From contig OX597821.1 of the NCBI GenBank assembly GCA_951406725.2, positions 51,832,001-51,896,000 on the forward strand: 64,000 nucleotides of DNA, written 5' to 3'. Below the pieces are notes generated by a model. It had not been told where the DNA came from. It worked only from the letters and a program-made list of their open reading frames with translations, and made no database searches. Both the position numbers and the translations under genes were made by a program. This DNA is from Octopus vulgaris. Its lineage: Eukaryota. Below are positions 13,069 to 27,860 of this stretch, in pieces; positions within the stretch are counted from its first letter, which is position 1; each line of letters begins with the position of its first letter.

Positions 13069-13269
13069 GTATATATACAATGGGCCTCTTTCAGTCTCTG
13101 TCTACCACATCCACTCACAAGGATTTTGTTGGCCCGAGGCTATTGTAGAAGATCCTTGCCCAAAATGCAGTGCAGTGGGGCTGAACCCAGAACCATGTGG
13201 TTGAAAAGCAAGCTTCTTACCATACAGCCATACCTGGTCTGAGTCAGTTCTTTATTTAGAGTTAATGCT

Positions 13270-13810
13270 CTCCTATACGTGTCTGTGAAGTGCACCTTGC
13301 AGAAGAGGATGGCACCATTCCATGGACTGAGGATTCATTTTTGGATCATAAAGAAACACTCACATTTCATATTCTGTCACTAAATCAGAAGCTCTGGCTT
13401 CAAATGCTTCCAGCAAATCAGAGCAAGCTGCCGCCCTTTTCTCTTTTAAATCAGATGTCAACTGCTGAGGTACATTCCCATACCTGAAGCCTTCAGACAG
13501 CTTTTGCAATACATTGTAACCACAGTCCATCTGTGCAGTAAACTCATGGACTGTGATTCATCAGCTTACACAAATCGATTTATCCACTCGCTTATGATTC
13601 TATCACGGGTCACACTTGATGATCTCTCATTACATGGTTTGTATTCAAAGCTCTTTTACCATTCTTTAACCTTCCTCACCTATCTGCGCACATTGCTCTT
13701 GCCAAATAGTGTCATCTCTGTCAACAACCTATAGCCTTCTGTGGATGTTGGACAGTCTGCGCTACTTCCTTTATCAAGAACTCATTGATGGCTCATAGCT
13801 TCTGCTTGGA
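13270..13810 (-). mobile_element. Degraded mariner transposase, N-terminal half
   Basis: Minus strand fragments AINEFLIKE..NIHRRL*VV.RDDTI..SNVRR*V and VPQQLTSDLKEKRAAACSDLL..PQSMEWCHP, resembling the mariner HTH and WVPRLLT regions. Confidence 0.7.
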
Positions 13811-14133
13811 ATCCATTATTTGCATTCAATGAAAAAGAACAGGAAGAAGAATAACCATAGAGTAAGAATTACTCTATCAACAAATGCAATTTGAATGACA
13901 TATTATTTTTTCTTTTATTCTTTTACTTGCTTCAGTCATTTGACTGCAGCCATGCTGGAGCACCACCTTAAAGAGTTTTAGTCAAAGAAATCAACCTTAA
14001 GACTTATTCTTTGTAAGCCTAGTATTTATTCTATTGAGCTCCTTTGTCAAACCGCTAAGTTATGGGGACAAAAATAGACCAGCATCGCTTGTCAAGAGGG
14101 GGAACAAACACAGACACACACACATAAATACAT

Positions 14134-14187
<54 letters not shown>

Positions 14188-14272
14188 GATGGGCTTCTTT
14201 CAATTTCCATCAGTGCCTGTTAGTTAAAAAGTCAAGCTTACTCTTGCATTTCTTTTGGTACAACTCCCGTGT

Positions 14273-14324
<52 letters not shown>

Positions 14325-17107
14325 GCGCTTACCCCACAGACATGCATCTTGCAATAGAGAGCAGTGTGAAAGAGAAAGGGAGACGATAGGAGGTTTGACA
14401 GAGTAAGTGATAGTGAGAAGTGAGGGATTCTGAGATGCGAAGGTATGAAAGGAGGTTAATGGATGGTTCAGAACAGATTCTGAACTGTGTAAGAGAGGAA
14501 GAGAGATTGTTTGCCCATATGATAGGAAAAAGTTACCTTCCTTATGTCATATCAATTCATAAAGGCCAGTTTCCCAGTTACATGGCATAAATATTCCCCA
14601 CCTGGATGGGATGCCGGTCCGTCGCAGGATTACTCATTTTTGCCAGTTGAGTGAACTGGATACACATGAAATGCAAAGTTTTGCTCAAGAACACAACACA
14701 TTGCCCGGTCCAGGAATCCAAACCACTATTTTACAATCATGGGTCCAGCACTCTAACCACCAAGCCACACACCACTATTGCATGTATGATGGGGAAGCAG
14801 TGTTGTATAATGAGGGAAGAATGTAGAACAATAGTGGTGGTGGTGGTGGCAGTGGTGTTGGTTGTGGTGTCTACAGTTATACTTAATCCTTGCAACCAAC
14901 TAAAAATGCAAACCAACTAAAAAAAAAACAAATTTTATAATTAGTAGTACTAATGAGTTTAAGATAAAATTATATCTGGTCAGTTTGATGATGAAGATTG
15001 TGTTGACAGGAGTGGTTGAAGTGATGGTAGTATTGATGGTGAGGATGGTAGTGGTGTTGATGATGTTAGTGACACATGGGTTGTGATGTTGATGCTGGTG
15101 ATAATGTCTGTGAAAAACTAACTATTAGAATATAACACTGAGCAACTAACATGACTATTATCAATTTCTGCTTCTGTTTCTTGTTGTTCAGCCCTAGGAC
15201 AGACCTAATTGAACAAAGCTATGATCAAGAGTATTCCTGCCATGACCACTCCATCTACATTTTACACACTATGTACTTTAAGGACCATATTGTAAAATTT
15301 ATCCATCTTCTCTGAGGACTGTACTGTGTGATTTAAGGGTAATTTCATTGCTATTTCTGGCAGTTACAGGCTTCTTTGTTGGCTACTATTTATTTATGCT
15401 TATGTATGAGGATTGAGATGATGACGATGATGACGATGATGACGCGAGTGCAGCCACTGTTGCTATGGTCACTCAACAGTTGTCATTGAAAATCAAAATA
15501 TTTGGACATTGATAACAAAATATTTGATGACCAAACTTATTCCTGTAGTTACTTCTCTTGCCAATGAGACAATGAGAAAGTGTGTATGTGGTCACTTGAC
15601 CTACTAGACGTAATAGCTAAATCTTGATCAAACCACACACACACACCCCTGTTACTGTTTAAAGCAAACAAGGAAGATGGCATTTGTTGAAGTAGTTATA
15701 GATACACTAGATGGGGTGGCCACGACTGGAACACTTTTGATTAAAGTTGACCTGGGATTAAAGAACTATTAATGCCATTGTTTTTGTTCTTTTATTCTTT
15801 TATTTGTTTCAGTCATTTACTGTGGCCATACTGGAGCTCTGCCTTAAAGGGTTATTTTAGTTGAAGAAATTGACCCCAGTCCTTTTTTTTAAGCTTAGTG
15901 TTTATTTTTTCCAGTCTCTTTTGCTGAACTACTAAGTTACAAGGATGTAAACACACCAACACCAATTATCAAGTGGTGATGGGGGGATGAACACAGACAC
16001 AAAGATATATACATATATATATAAGATAAGCTTCTTTCAGTTTCCATCTGCCAAATCCACTCACAAGTATTTGGTCAGCCAGCTACTGTGGAAAACACCT
16101 GCCCAAGGTGCCACACAGTGGGACTGAATCAAGAACCATGTGGTTGGGAAGCAAGCTTCTCACCACATAGCCACATGCTGCTATTATCCACAAAATGAAG
16201 GTACATGGCTTAATGGTTAGGGTATATGGCTCATGGTTGTAAGGTCATCAGTTCAATTCCCAACAGCTTATTGTATTCTTGAGCTAGGCACTTTATTTTA
16301 CATTGTTCCAGTCCACACAGATGGCAAAATTGAATTGTGCTTATAATTCAAAGGCCCAGCTTTGTCACATTCAGTGTATCATGCTGAATCTCACTGAGTA
16401 CTACATTAAGAGTATATGTGAAATGCTTAGATACTTGCACATTAATTTCATGAGCATGCTGATCAGTTGATCATATCACCTGGAATTCTCGTCATCATAA
16501 CCAACAAGCAGCCAGACAGGTTGGAGGCAGGGGGATAGGCAGGATATTATCCACACCACCAGCACTACTACCAGTAACAACACCAGTAACACCAACACTA
16601 CGCCGCCATCTTCAACTCCACATACTCACCACCAACAATATCACAGCCATACAATCACCAACACTACACAACCACCACCAAATTCTTCCTTTACACCAAG
16701 TCTCAGCAAAATTGAAGAGGTAATTGTAATACTGTGGATTAAATTTTTGGCACAAGACCAGCAATTTCAGGAGAGGGACTTAGTCAATTAAATCAACCCC
16801 AGTTCTCAACTGGTACTTATTTTATCGACCCCAAAGGGAAGAAAGGTAAACTCAGCCTTGGCAGAATCTAAACACAGAATGCTGCTAAGCCTTTTGCCCT
16901 GTGCAGAAATGATTATCTGCGTTAGGTAACTGTAATATTGGTTTCCAATTTTTAGCACAAGCCTAGCAAGTTCAGGGGAGCAGATAAGTCAATTACATCA
17001 ACTGGTACTTATTTTATTGACCCCAAAAGGATGAAAAGCAAAGTCGACCTTAGCAGATTTTGAACTCAGAATGTAATGACAGACAAAATGCTGTTACACA
17101 TTTTGCC

Positions 17108-17321
17108 GGCGAGCTGGCAGAATCGTTAGCATGCCGGACGAAATGCTTAGCGGTATTTCGTCTGCCGTTATGTTCTGAGGTCAAATTCCATCAAGGTTGA
17201 CTCTGCCTTTCATCCTTTCAGGGTCGATTAAATAAATACCAGTTGCAGACTGAGGTCGATGTAATCAACTTAATCCCTTTGACTTCCCTTGTTTGTCCCC
17301 TCTGTGGGCAATTAAGAAATA
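17108..17321 (+). mobile_element. tRNA-SINE (Deu/Nin-like family)
   Basis: ggcgagctggcagaatcgttagc...gcctttcatcctttcagggtcgattaaataaataccag; further copies near 3660-4120, 16735-17105, 25820-26210, 39400-39800, 45935-46140, 47805-48040, 63140-63870. Confidence 0.8.
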
Positions 17322-17723
17322 AAAATATTATCTAATTTTATTGGGTAATCTGTCCTGAAAGCGCTCACTGCTCGCACATCTGAAACATTCTAAGCAACAA
17401 TCAAAGAAAGAATTCTGCACTGATTATCATAGAATTGCCAACCATTATATTTCAGCGTCTGGTCCATAGAGATTGCAATTTGCTCTCTTTTACTACACCA
17501 TCTGTCAACATGGTTGAGCAACTAATCTCAACCAGTCAGGATATCAGTGAAAAGTCAGAGGCTGCTGTGGTCATCTCAGAAATGATCTCTTTCCAATTAT
17601 ATGGTTCTGGTTTCAGTCCCACTGCATGACTCCTAGGGCAAGTATCTTTTACTATAGCCTAGAACAAACCAAAGCATTGTAAGAGGGTTTGTTCAATGGA
17701 AACCAAAGAAGCCTGTCATATAT

Positions 17724-17759
<36 letters not shown>

Positions 17760-18149
17760 TTTTATTAAAGCTGCGACATTTTCACAAAACTGTTACTCAG
17801 AGTTTCAACTGTCCAACGAACTGGAATGTGAAACTGAATAACAGTTTTGTGAAACTTTTACGGCTCTAATAAAAACATATTACTCTACCCTTCGTAGTTG
17901 AGTACTATTTTTTTCCACCTTGTGTTGCATTTATGTACTTACTTGTGTGTATATATGTATACGAGCAAAACGATCCCTGTCCAATGGACAGTGCTGAGTT
18001 GTCAAACATTTAAACCAAATTTTTTCAAAACAACTTGTCCAACCATCCCATAGGCCTCCCCTTTGAGAAACACTGACTTAACCTAAATTTGAGACACCAG
18101 CAAAAAAAGAAATAAAGATAAACTTTTTTTCTATTCCAAAGAAAAATGA

Positions 18150-18519
18150 CTTTATTCACACAAATATGCAACCGATGAGTTTAAAGTACCAGTAATGATA
18201 AGGCTGTTGACTGGAAGAACAGAAACATGGTTTAAACAGTAAGCTTGGCAGGAAAGAAACGTGCGTTTAAGCAGTACAAAAACAACAAAAAAATGGAAGG
18301 TGCAGTTATGTACAGGTTGACGGAAGAAAATCAGGATAAAAACGGCTTTATCGATCACATTCTCACCTGGAATTGATTTTTGTAATTTTTTTCAAGACTT
18401 ATACATGCCCTGATACCGTCGGTATCTACATATCAAATTTGAGCGTAATTGAATGGAGGATGCCCGAGATCCGAGAAGACACACATACAGACAGACAGAA
18501 CGGATTTTATATAATAGAT
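18150..18519 (+). mobile_element. Non-autonomous Helitron/DINE-1-like element 3' region
   Basis: caaatttgagcg...(caga)n...ttttatataatagat end typical of DINE-1/HINE-like elements. Confidence 0.4.
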
Positions 18520-19378
18520 ATGTATATATAGATGCATACTTTTTATCCTTTCAATCGCTGAATATAAACATGGCTCCTGTGACTTCCGTTTGAGTGATTT
18601 TCCTCAGTCATTACCTCATCCATGTATGCCAGTCTGAATACATTTACAACTGAGTGAACTGGAACAATAAGAAATGAAGTATTTTGCCAGTCTGGGATTT
18701 CCCCGATTGTGAGTGCCACACCCTAACCACCAGGCCATCTTTGTTCTTGGTTTTTTGTCACCTACTCCAACTGGACATTTATTTTCTGGCAGATATCATT
18801 TACTACAGTTCAAAGAGATCAATAGTGACATTAGTTTCACTGGTCTTGGAGGACTCAGAAACCCAATGCCACTGTCCCTTCCACTGGATTTAACCAATAA
18901 ACAAACAAAAAAACAAAACCAACACTCTAATCATTACAATTGTCACTCTTTCTACCACCACCACCACCACTATTATTACCACCACCATTACCATAATCAC
19001 CACTGCCACTACCGCCATTACCACCATCGCCATAATCTCTAACACCACCACCATCACTATCACAACTGCAATCATAATTAACATTACGGCTCCCACTACC
19101 ATCATTCTGACTATCACCACCACCACCACCACCACCACCATTCCCCATCATGCCCATACGCAATTCCTCCATTTACAACCCTGTCTCTATGTCGAATAGA
19201 TATTTATAAATCACTTCAAGAACGTTTGTCTGTATTCCTTTGTGTGTGTGTGTGTGAGTACGTGTGTGCGTGCATGTGCATACATACATGTATATGTGCT
19301 AATGTCTATGATGCTCTGTGTGTGTGTGTGCCTGTATATGTATACACTAATGTGCAATTGTGTTTGGGTATATGCCTA

Positions 19379-19435
<57 letters not shown>

Positions 19436-19674
19436 ACATACATATATATATATTCATGTATATACATATACATAAACATACACACACACACACACATGAC
19501 TGTCTGCTCATCTGTATGAGTGTGTGTACATGCGTGTGTGTGTGTGCATACCTGCATATGAGTATGACTAAGTAAAAATACCTGCAGATCTCTAATCACA
19601 TGTATATTTTCATTTATGCGCAATTCTCTGCTCATATATGCATATAGCAAATATCTTCATTGTATACATACATA

Positions 19675-20190
19675 CATCATCATCATCATCGTTTAACGTC
19701 CGCTTTCCATGCTAGCATGGGTTGGACGGTTCAACTGGGGTCTGGGGAGCCCGAAGGCTGCACCAGGCCAGTCAGATCTGGCAGTGTTTCTACAGCTGGA
19801 TGCCCTTCCTAACGCCAACCACTCCGAGAGTGTAGTGGGTGATTTTATGTGCCACCAACACAGGTGCCAGACGAGGCTGGCGAACGGCCATGCTCGGATG
19901 GTGTTTTTTATGTGCCACCGACACAGGTGCCAGATGAGGCTGGCAGACGGCCACGCTCGGATGGTGTTTTTTATGTGCCACCGACACAGGTGCCAGACGA
20001 GGCTGGTGAACGGCCACGCTTGGATGGTGTTTTTTTATGTGCCACCGACACAGGTGCCAGACGAGGCTGGCGAACGGCCACGATCGGATGGTGTTTGTTA
20101 CGTGCCCACAGCACGGAGGCCAGTCGATGCGGTACTGGCTACGGCCACATTCAGATGGTTTTCTTATGTGCCACCGGCACTGGTACCACA
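19675..20190 (-). mobile_element. RTE-related 3' end with (GAT)n tail and 4-5 tandem ~62-bp repeats
   Basis: Shares ttggcgttaggaagggcatccagc...ccatgctagcatggaaagcggacgttaaac(gat)n with the LINE at 53675-56265; unit ttttatgtgccaccgacacaggtgccagacgaggctgg. Confidence 0.8.
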
Positions 20191-20227
20191 AAGATACAAA
20201 TTCCATTGATGTTCATCTATTTTGATT

Positions 20228-20490
20228 TGGAGGCACGTGGCTTAGTGGTTAGAGTGTCAGCATTATGATCATAAGATTATGGTTTCGATTCCTGTACCGG
20301 GCGACGCGTTGTGTTCTCGAACAAAACACTTCATTTCACTTTATTTCCAGTCCACTCAGCTGGCAAAAATGAGTAACGGTGCGATGGACTGGCGTCCTGT
20401 CCAGCTGGGGAACACATACGCCATTGAAACCAGGAAACCGGGCCCATGAGCCTGGCTAGGCTTTAAAAGGGTGCATTTATTTTTTTTTTT
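20228..20490 (+). mobile_element. tRNA-SINE with V-domain-like core
   Basis: A/B-box head tggcttagtggttag..gtttcgattcc and gcgatggactggcgtcctgtccag core. Confidence 0.75.
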
Positions 20491-21751
20491 ATTTATATAT
20501 ATATATGTATGTATGTAGTCATTAGACAATCTGATAAAATGCCTTGTGGTATTTATTCTGGAATTTCAGGTTCAGAGTTCAAATGTTGCTGTGAGGTCAA
20601 TTTTGCTTTTCATCTTTCTAAAGCATATAAAATAATGTATCGATCAAGTAGTGGAGATTTTTACTTGACTTGTTTCCATCCCCTACTTTTCAGGACTTGT
20701 ACCTCTCCTAAGTACTTTTATCTTTTATTTTTTTCTCACTTGTTTCAATCATGAGTCTGTGGCCATACTGGGGCACCACTTTCAAGAAATTTTAGTTGAA
20801 TGAATCGACCCCAGTACTTTTATCATTTTTTAAAGCCTGGTACATATTTTGACAGTCTTTTGCCAAACCACCAAGTTATGGGGACGTAAACATACCAACA
20901 CTGGTTGTCAGGTGGTGGCAGTGGAGACAAACACAGACACAAAGACATGCACACACACACACATACACACACACACAATGTGCTTCTTTTGGTTTTCATC
21001 CACCAGATCTACTCACAGGGCTTTGGTCAACCTGAGGATACAGTAGATGACACCCTGCCCAAGATGCTACACAGTGAGGACTGAACTTGGAACCATATGG
21101 TTGAGATGCCATGCCTGCACCATTTTTTTTATTTGAATCATGTTATCTATAGGACATACTTAGTGTATATCACTGAAAAGTCAGAAGCTGCTGTGGTCAT
21201 CTCAGAAAAGATCCCTTCCAACTATGTGGTTCTAGTTTCAGTCCTACTGTGTAACACTGAGGGCCAGCCAAAGCTTTGCAACTAGATTTTTTGATGGAAA
21301 CCAAAGAAGCCTGTCATATCATCATCATCATCATCATCCTCATCATCATCATCATCATCATCATCACCACCGCCATCATTATCATCAACAGTTAACATCT
21401 GTTTTCCATGATGGCATAGGCTGGATGACTTGACAGGAACTGGCAAGATCAGGAGCCACACCAGGTTCCATAGTCTGTTTTGGCTTTGTTTTTACAGCTG
21501 GATGCCCTTGGGTGAGTGTCTATGCTGGTGCTTTGATTTAAAGCTTAGTACTTATTCTAGTGTTGTCTTTTGCTGAACCACTAGGTTATGGAGATGTAAA
21601 CACACCAGCACCAGTTGTCAGATAGTGATGGAAGACAAACACAGGCACAAAGACACATATATATACATACATACATACATCCATACATACATACATCCAT
21701 CAATCCATACATACATACATACATACATACATACGTACATCCATCAATTCA

Positions 21752-21785
<34 letters not shown>

Positions 21786-21786
21786 C

Positions 21787-21840
<54 letters not shown>

Positions 21841-23621
21841 GACAGGCTTTTTTTTTTATTTCCATCTACCAACTCCACTCACAAGGCTTTAAGCAGAGGA
21901 TACTTGCCCAAGATGCCATGCCATGGGACTGAACTCAGGACCATGTGGTTTGGGAAGCGAGCTTCTTACCACACAGCCATGCCTGTGTCTCTTATACATA
22001 TACAGTCATGCCTGTATATGTATATATCTATGTGTGCATATATGTATATCTATGTGTGTGTGTGCAAGTGTGAGCACTTGTGTTTGTTCTCTACCACTTC
22101 TTAGCAATCAGTGTTCTTTTTTTTGTTTAGGTCCTCATAACTTAGTAATTTGGCAAAAAGAGACTGATTGAATATGTACCAGATTTAAACAAAATGTACA
22201 AGAATCAATTTGTCTGGTTAATCCTTTCAAGGCAGTGCCCCAGTCTGACCACAGTCTAATTACTGAAACAAGTAAAAGATAAAAGATAAAAGATAAAAAA
22301 GATAATCCAGAGTTGGATGAAACAAAATCATCCTGGAAGCAACAGCAAGAGTGACAGATGTGCATTTCACTGTTCTTGCAGCTTGTCAGTGCCATGCATT
22401 TGAGGCACTTCTCATATGAAGTAACTTTAGCCAGTCTGCAGTAAATAAAAACAGTAAATAAACAATTCATTTCTTTTCCAATAAGGCTGATAGGTTGAAT
22501 AACATTTTTATTATTTCAGCATTTTCTTTCACATGTCATCTTTTTTTCGGTCCTTTATATTTAGTTTGAAACAATGAAGTGTGTGGATTTATTGATGTTC
22601 CAACACCTTCCTGTTTCTCATTTTCTAGAGTGGAGTGAGTCAAGCAGCAATTGCTATTTCTGGCACATTGAAAATGAGAATCATATAATAATATTCATAT
22701 ATAATTGATATATCTGTTTGTCACTGAGAATTGCTGGAATATAACTGGTTATTGTGGTATACTCAGCCACTTACTCTGAAATTCAATGTGTAGGTACGTC
22801 ACATGATTAAACATCTGAAATGCACATTGTCAGAATCAATAAATCAGTTACACACATACACACACATAAAAGCTTTATATTCAGGTCCATTGCATGACAT
22901 CCTTGGAGAAATGCCTTCAACTACAGCCTTGAATCAACCACTGCCTTGTGAATGAAATTTGATAGACAGGAACTGAATAGAAGTCAATACTCTTGAAGGC
23001 AATACTCCTACAAGAGCTTCAGTCCAGTTGCAGAACACACAGATTTATCAAAATATATATCAAAATTGTATTTATTGCCAATTATAGAATAGAGTTAATT
23101 TCAATTGACTTAACACTCACCACTCTTCCTACAAGTTCCTGACCCTGACCTAGTCTATATGGCAAATGACCTTGACCAGAACATCACATAACTTTATCCG
23201 TTACACCTGGTCATGAACCAGCTGGATGCTATTAAACACAGAAATCTGTTATTCCTGTACCAGAATCTTGGTTTCCAATCTCATCTATTACCATTAGTAA
23301 TTTTACAAATGCTATGGAATGTACATGTTATTGGTGTTGTTGTCATTGTCGTCGTCATCGTCATTGTCATCGTCATCGTCATTGTCATCATCATCAATTA
23401 TTTATTATTATTTGTGTAAGGGTAGTCAACTGGCAGATTTGTTAAGAGCTTGTTCCAGCTCCTTACATTTTGTGTTCAAACCCTGCCAGGATCAACTTTG
23501 TCTTTAATTTTTTTTCATTGTCAGACGTACACACAATCAATAATGTATCACTTAACCTAAGGCAGTAAGTCTATACTTTACTGAGGAAGTTTAATAAAAC
23601 TGAAACATGCCTCTCCAAAAT

Positions 23622-24024
23622 CACACTCCCCATTCCATCACTCGTCACTCAACTACCCAAGTCTTTTCTTCCAGCAGGCCTGCATTCTATTTTAATTTAT
23701 ATTCCCATGTTATTCTGTTATCTTATTTTACCAAAATTAATCATTAAACTAATTACACACTCCCCATTCCATCACTCGTCACTCAACTACCCAAGTCTTT
23801 TCTTCCAGCAGGCCTGCATTCTATTTTAATTCATATTCCCATGTTATTCTGTTATCTTATTTTACCAAAATTAATCATTAAACTAATTACACACTCCCCA
23901 TTCCATCACTCGTCACTCAACTACCCAAGTCTTTTCTTCCAGCAGGCCTGCATTCTATTTTAATTTATATTCCCATGTTATTCTGTTATCTTATTTTACC
24001 AAAATTAATCATTAAACTAATTAC
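23622..24024. repeat. Tandem triplication, 134-bp unit
   Basis: tccccattccatcactcg recurs at 23627, 23761 and 23895. Confidence 0.95.
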
Positions 24025-24754
24025 TTTCTCTAATTACTACAAATAATTAATTAAAATTGCTCACTACATTTGCCAGTAAGCATTCTGGAGTATTCTTTTC
24101 AGCCTTTAATAACATAGCAGATGAGCTGCTGAGTGATCCTCTTTGTGATCACTCAACTGCTGGAAACAACATCCAAATCAGTTACACATCCAGCTGTCTT
24201 AAAAATAAAGAGAGGACACATTGGACGATGTAATCCTACATTACACATTGTTTGGAATAAAAAATGAATGGGTCATAGCTGGAATACTTTTGATCAGAAA
24301 TCTGCTCAGTCAGGGATGACTGAGGACTAAGCAACAACAGGCTTTTTTCACAGCAGGAGAGGAGTTTTAAAGGGTTAACTCAACTCCATACAGTTGTCTA
24401 GTATGCCACACACACACGCATACATTTACACACAGATACACACACACACACACACATTACGTACTACATAACACACATCATCATAAACACATTATAACAC
24501 ACTGCACACATTGACACAGAATCTATTGAGGATGCCTCTATGTGGTTGTCCAGCTTACTAGATATAACAGCCAAATCATCCTTATTTCAAACTACACTGA
24601 GTTAAAAATGGACAAACTGGGGGTTTCACAGACTTTAGGGCCTGATGCAAATAATTTTTCAAACCAAATAATATACAGTGAATATATTTTTGTCATACAC
24701 ATGTGGAAAGAAATTACAGCTTTCCATGCGACCATCTTGCTCCTTAACTTCCAA

Positions 24755-24952
24755 TCCTAAACCCTAACTCCTAACCCTAAACCTTAACCCCTGACCCTAA
24801 TACTTAACCCCTAACCCTAAACCTTAACCTCAACCTTAAACTTTAACTCTCTAACCCAAAACTTTAACCCCTAAACTTAAACCCTTAATTTTAAACACTA
24901 ATCTTTAACCTACACCCTTACCATAACTCCTAAATGTTAATCCTAATCCTAG
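24755..24952. repeat. Degenerate interstitial telomere-like (CCCTAA)n array
   Basis: accctaactcctaaccctaaaccttaacccctgaccctaa... Confidence 0.75.
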
Positions 24953-27638
24953 TCTTTAGACATTAACCAACTGAACCTATCATAAATTGTCTGAAATTTT
25001 ACAGAATAGAGGCACAGCTTGCTTCCCAACCACATGGTTCTGGATTCGGTCCCACTGTGTGGTACCTAGGATAAGTGTCTTCTACTATAGCCTCAGGCCA
25101 ACCCAAGCTTTGAGAGTGGAATTGTGAAATAAAGAAGCCCATGATGCGTGTGTGTGTGTGCGTGCATGTGAGTATGTGCATGTGTGTGTGTGTGTGTGTG
25201 TGTGTTTGTCCCCCACCACCACTTGACAACCTGTGTTAGTGTATTCATGTCCCTGTAACTTAGTGGCTCAGCAAAAAAAAAACAATAAAATAAGTACTGG
25301 GTCAGTTCATTTGACTTAACTTCTGCAAGGTGGAGCCCCAGCATGGCCACAGTCAAATGACTGAAAAGAGTAAAAGATAAAAGATTTAAAGATTGGTTTT
25401 CATTGGTCCAAACATTTTCATCCTGGTTCTGTTTCCCGATTCTAACCATACAAGATTCCATCCCAAATCTTACAGCTTTCTTCTTATAACTTCATTGCTG
25501 TTATAGGGACACAAACACACCAACGCCGGTTCTCAAGCAGTAATGTGAGACAAACACAGGCACAAACACACACACACATACATATGACAGGCTTCTTTCA
25601 GTTTCCATCTACCAGGTCTGCTTGAAAAGTTTTCATTGGTCCAAGGCTATTGGAGAAGATATTTAACCAAGGTGCCACAGAGCAGGACTGAACTCAGAAC
25701 CATGTGGTTGGGAAGCAACCTTCTTACCGCACAACAACACCATAGAGTTTAGCTGTTGCAGAACAGCTTTTTACATTCCACTGTCCTACTATTTAGTGTA
25801 AATTTTCCTCTTTACCCTGGCCCGAAATTTTTGAGGAGGGGGCCAGTCAATTAGATCGACTCCAGTACACAACTGGTACTTAATTCATCGACCCCGTAAA
25901 GATCAAAGGCAAAGTCGACCTCGGTGAAATTTTAACTCAGAATGTAAAGTCAGACGAAATACTGCTAAGCATTTCGCCTGGCATGCTAACATTTCTTATT
26001 TCTTTATTGCCCCATAGAGAAAACAAACAAGGACAGACAAAGAGATTGGGTCGATTATATCAACTCAGTGCGTAACCAGTACTTAATTTATCGACCCCGA
26101 AAGGATGAAAGGCAAAGTCGACCTTGGCGGAATTTGAACCCAGAATGTAAAAACAGACAAAATATTGCTAATCATTTCACCCAGCATGCTAACATTTCTG
26201 CCAGTTCGTCTTCTTTCTTTATCCTGATTATTGCAAGATTTATTGTACTTGATGACATAAAAGATACATGAGCATATTAGATGGACATGAATTTCAGCAA
26301 TGCATATTTAGGAAAACAGTTTTAATCCATTAAAGCATCTAATATGGGCCCAGCTTAGCGTATAGAATGCAGGGAGATTTTTTGGATATTTTTTTGGAAA
26401 AAAATTGTTACCACAAATATGATAAGTAGAAATGAATAACAGCAATACAATTTAGTATATCACTCTTGTTCATAATAACTGGGGAAAGGTTTTTCAATTG
26501 AAATAAGGGGCAGTTATAAAATCGTTTATGCTGGATATCAAATTTGACGTTTTATCCAAGCTTGCCATCGGAGAAAAACTCAACCATATCTTTTATCTTT
26601 TACTTGTTTCAGTCATTAGACTGCGACCATGCGGGGGTACCACCTTGAAAGATTTTTTTGTCAAATGAATTGACCCCAGTATTTAGGTTTTTTTAAAGCC
26701 TGGTACTTATTCTATTGATCTCTTTTGCTGAACTGCTATGCTGCAGGGACATAAACACACCAACGCCAGTTTTTAAGCAGTGATGTGAGACAAACACAGG
26801 CACAAACACACACATACATATGACAGGCTTCTTTCAGTTTCCATATACTAAGTCTACTTAAAAGGCTTTCATTGGTCCAAGGCTATCAGAGAAGACATTT
26901 ACCCAAGGTGCCACAAAGTAGAACTGAACTCAGAACCATGTGGATGGGAAGCAACCTTCTTACTGCACAATAACACCATTTTGCTAAAGCCTTCAATTTT
27001 CAATGCTTATTGAGAGAGCAGTCATTATCATCATCATAGTAATGTCCACTTCTCCATGCTCTCATGGGTCACATGGAACTTGTTGAGGAGGATTTTTCTA
27101 CAACTGGATGTCCTTCCTGTCACCAACCCTTACTTGTTTACAAGTAATGTACAATTACCCCCATGACCAGACCAGACATGTTTTCATGGAAGATTGGAAA
27201 TGAAGTACACAGCTAACATGGCAGCAATCTTCATTTACAACTATCATTCTATCTCAATGCAAGGACACACACACACACACACATAATGGGCTTCTTTCAG
27301 TGTCCATCTACAAAATCCACTCTAAAGGCTTTGGTTGTCCTAGGACTTATGGTAGAAGACATTTGCCTAATATGGTTGCTTCCCAACCACATAGTTCTGA
27401 GTTCAGTCCTACTTTGTGCCACCTTGGGTAAATGTCTTCTCTGAGAGCCTTGGACCAATGAAAGCCTTATAAGCAGACTGGTAGATGGAAACTGAAAGAA
27501 GCCTGTCATATGTATGTGTGTGTGTGTTTGTGCCTGTGTTTGTCTCACATCACGGCTTGAAAAACCGGCATTGGTGTGTTTATGTCCCTGTAGCATAGCA
27601 GTTCAGCAAAAGAGAACAATAGAATAAGTACCAGGCTT

Positions 27639-27860
27639 AAGGTGGAGAGCTGGTAGAATCGTTAGCATGCCGGGCGAAATGCTTAAGGTATTTCTTCTGC
27701 CGCTATGTTCTGAGTTCAAATTCCGCCGAGGTCGACTTTGCCTTTCATCTTTTTGGGGTCGATTAAATAAGTACCAGTTATGCAATGGGGTCGATATAAT
27801 CAACTTAATCCGTTTGTTTGTCCTCTCTGTGTGTAGCCCCTTGTGGGCAGTAAAGAAATA
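27639..27860 (+). mobile_element. tRNA-SINE (Deu/Nin-like) with 18-bp TSD, nested in another SINE
   Basis: TSD AGAATAAGTACCAGGCTT at 27621-27638 and 27861-27878. Confidence 0.85.

Noticed and set aside
19843-20110. Regularly spaced repeats resembling a CRISPR array
   Set aside because: Units are contiguous with no unique spacers, lie in a retroposon 3' UTR, the context is eukaryotic, and there are no cas genes.
22382-22420. 39-nt AG...GT cassette with a good acceptor
   Set aside because: Weak donor (GTAACT) and a stop in the host phase-1 frame; no support.
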